Source: Chara braunii (taxonomy: Eukaryota; Plantae; Charophyceae). Taken from it: 64,000 bases of DNA. Positions 63,314 through 64,000 of the stretch are shown one piece after another; positions within the stretch are counted from its first letter, which is position 1, and each line of letters starts with the position of its first letter. Position numbers and translations under genes: made by a program. Under the pieces are notes generated by a model, which saw only the letters and a list, made by a program, of their open reading frames with translations, had not been told where the DNA came from and made no database searches. The DNA lies in the NCBI GenBank assembly GCA_003427395.1, contig BFEA01000043.1, forward strand, positions 4,336,814-4,400,813. The letters run 5' to 3'.

Positions 63314-64000
63314 AATTCTCTACCCCTTGAAAAATGGATTGTGCGGGGCTTCCAAGTCTTGTTTGATATGGGCCAATATTTTGAATGTGGCAGAGTCTCA
63401 ACACTAGTTTCAGAAACTGCTAAGCTGGACTTGGTTGTGGATACTAAACATGATGGGTTGTGCCGTGTTCAACAACTAACGTTGTGTTTTTTCTCTCTCA
63501 CTTGTTTGTTTGTTTTTTTGTCTTTGTCGCGCCCTCGACATTGTGCGTACCCAACTGACCGTATGTGTGTGTGAGAGAGAAAGGGAGGTCAGGCGCAATC
63601 GACAAACATTTGTCATGCCCCCACGCCTCTCTCTCTTGCTCTCTAAAAAGGAAAAGAACAAAATTAATGCGGTCAGGGTTGCATTCCCCTTGCCCCCATG
63701 GGTATATCATATTATGATACAACTCGTATACAGGCGCCACACTTCTTAATGATAATCTTTATTAGTTTGAAAAAATGAATGTTGAACATTTTTATCAACA
63801 CAAGAATGACACGTCATTCACACACTTCTTAATTAATTTTCATTTATTAGTCATTTTAGAATTAATAATAATGACGAATATTAATGTTTGATTAATGATA
63901 TTATTGATTCACCGCGATTGAGTATTCTTGTCCACAATGTTGGGTTCAAATTTTTTGCTCTCCATGACTGAGGGGGAGAGAGAGAGGCCGAATGGTAAAA

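Overview
Eukaryotic, repeat-rich draft assembly with N gaps mostly next to microsatellites. Gene style and TE content suggest a streptophyte, plausibly a charophyte alga such as Chara (inference). One host gene is evident: a + strand NAC transcription factor. Its NAC domain is split by a ~14.4 kb intron (3061-17429) holding nested LTR retroelements, including a chromoviral Ty3/gypsy; it may also have a cassette micro-exon and a distant terminal exon. Most of the rest is transposon-derived: a near full-length decayed L1/Tx1-type LINE (50028-57454, -) with many short copies of a structured 3' tail, two Penelope-like RT remnants lacking a C-terminal endonuclease (one with an intact minimal hammerhead ribozyme), and several MITE families. 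A Nextera mate-pair adapter is embedded at 38793-38830 (artefact). The most unusual signal is a cassette of two atypical RING-like zinc fingers seen three times, fused in the best copy to a Josephin (ataxin-3-like) deubiquitinase domain. That copy lies in sense orientation just downstream of the NAC exon.
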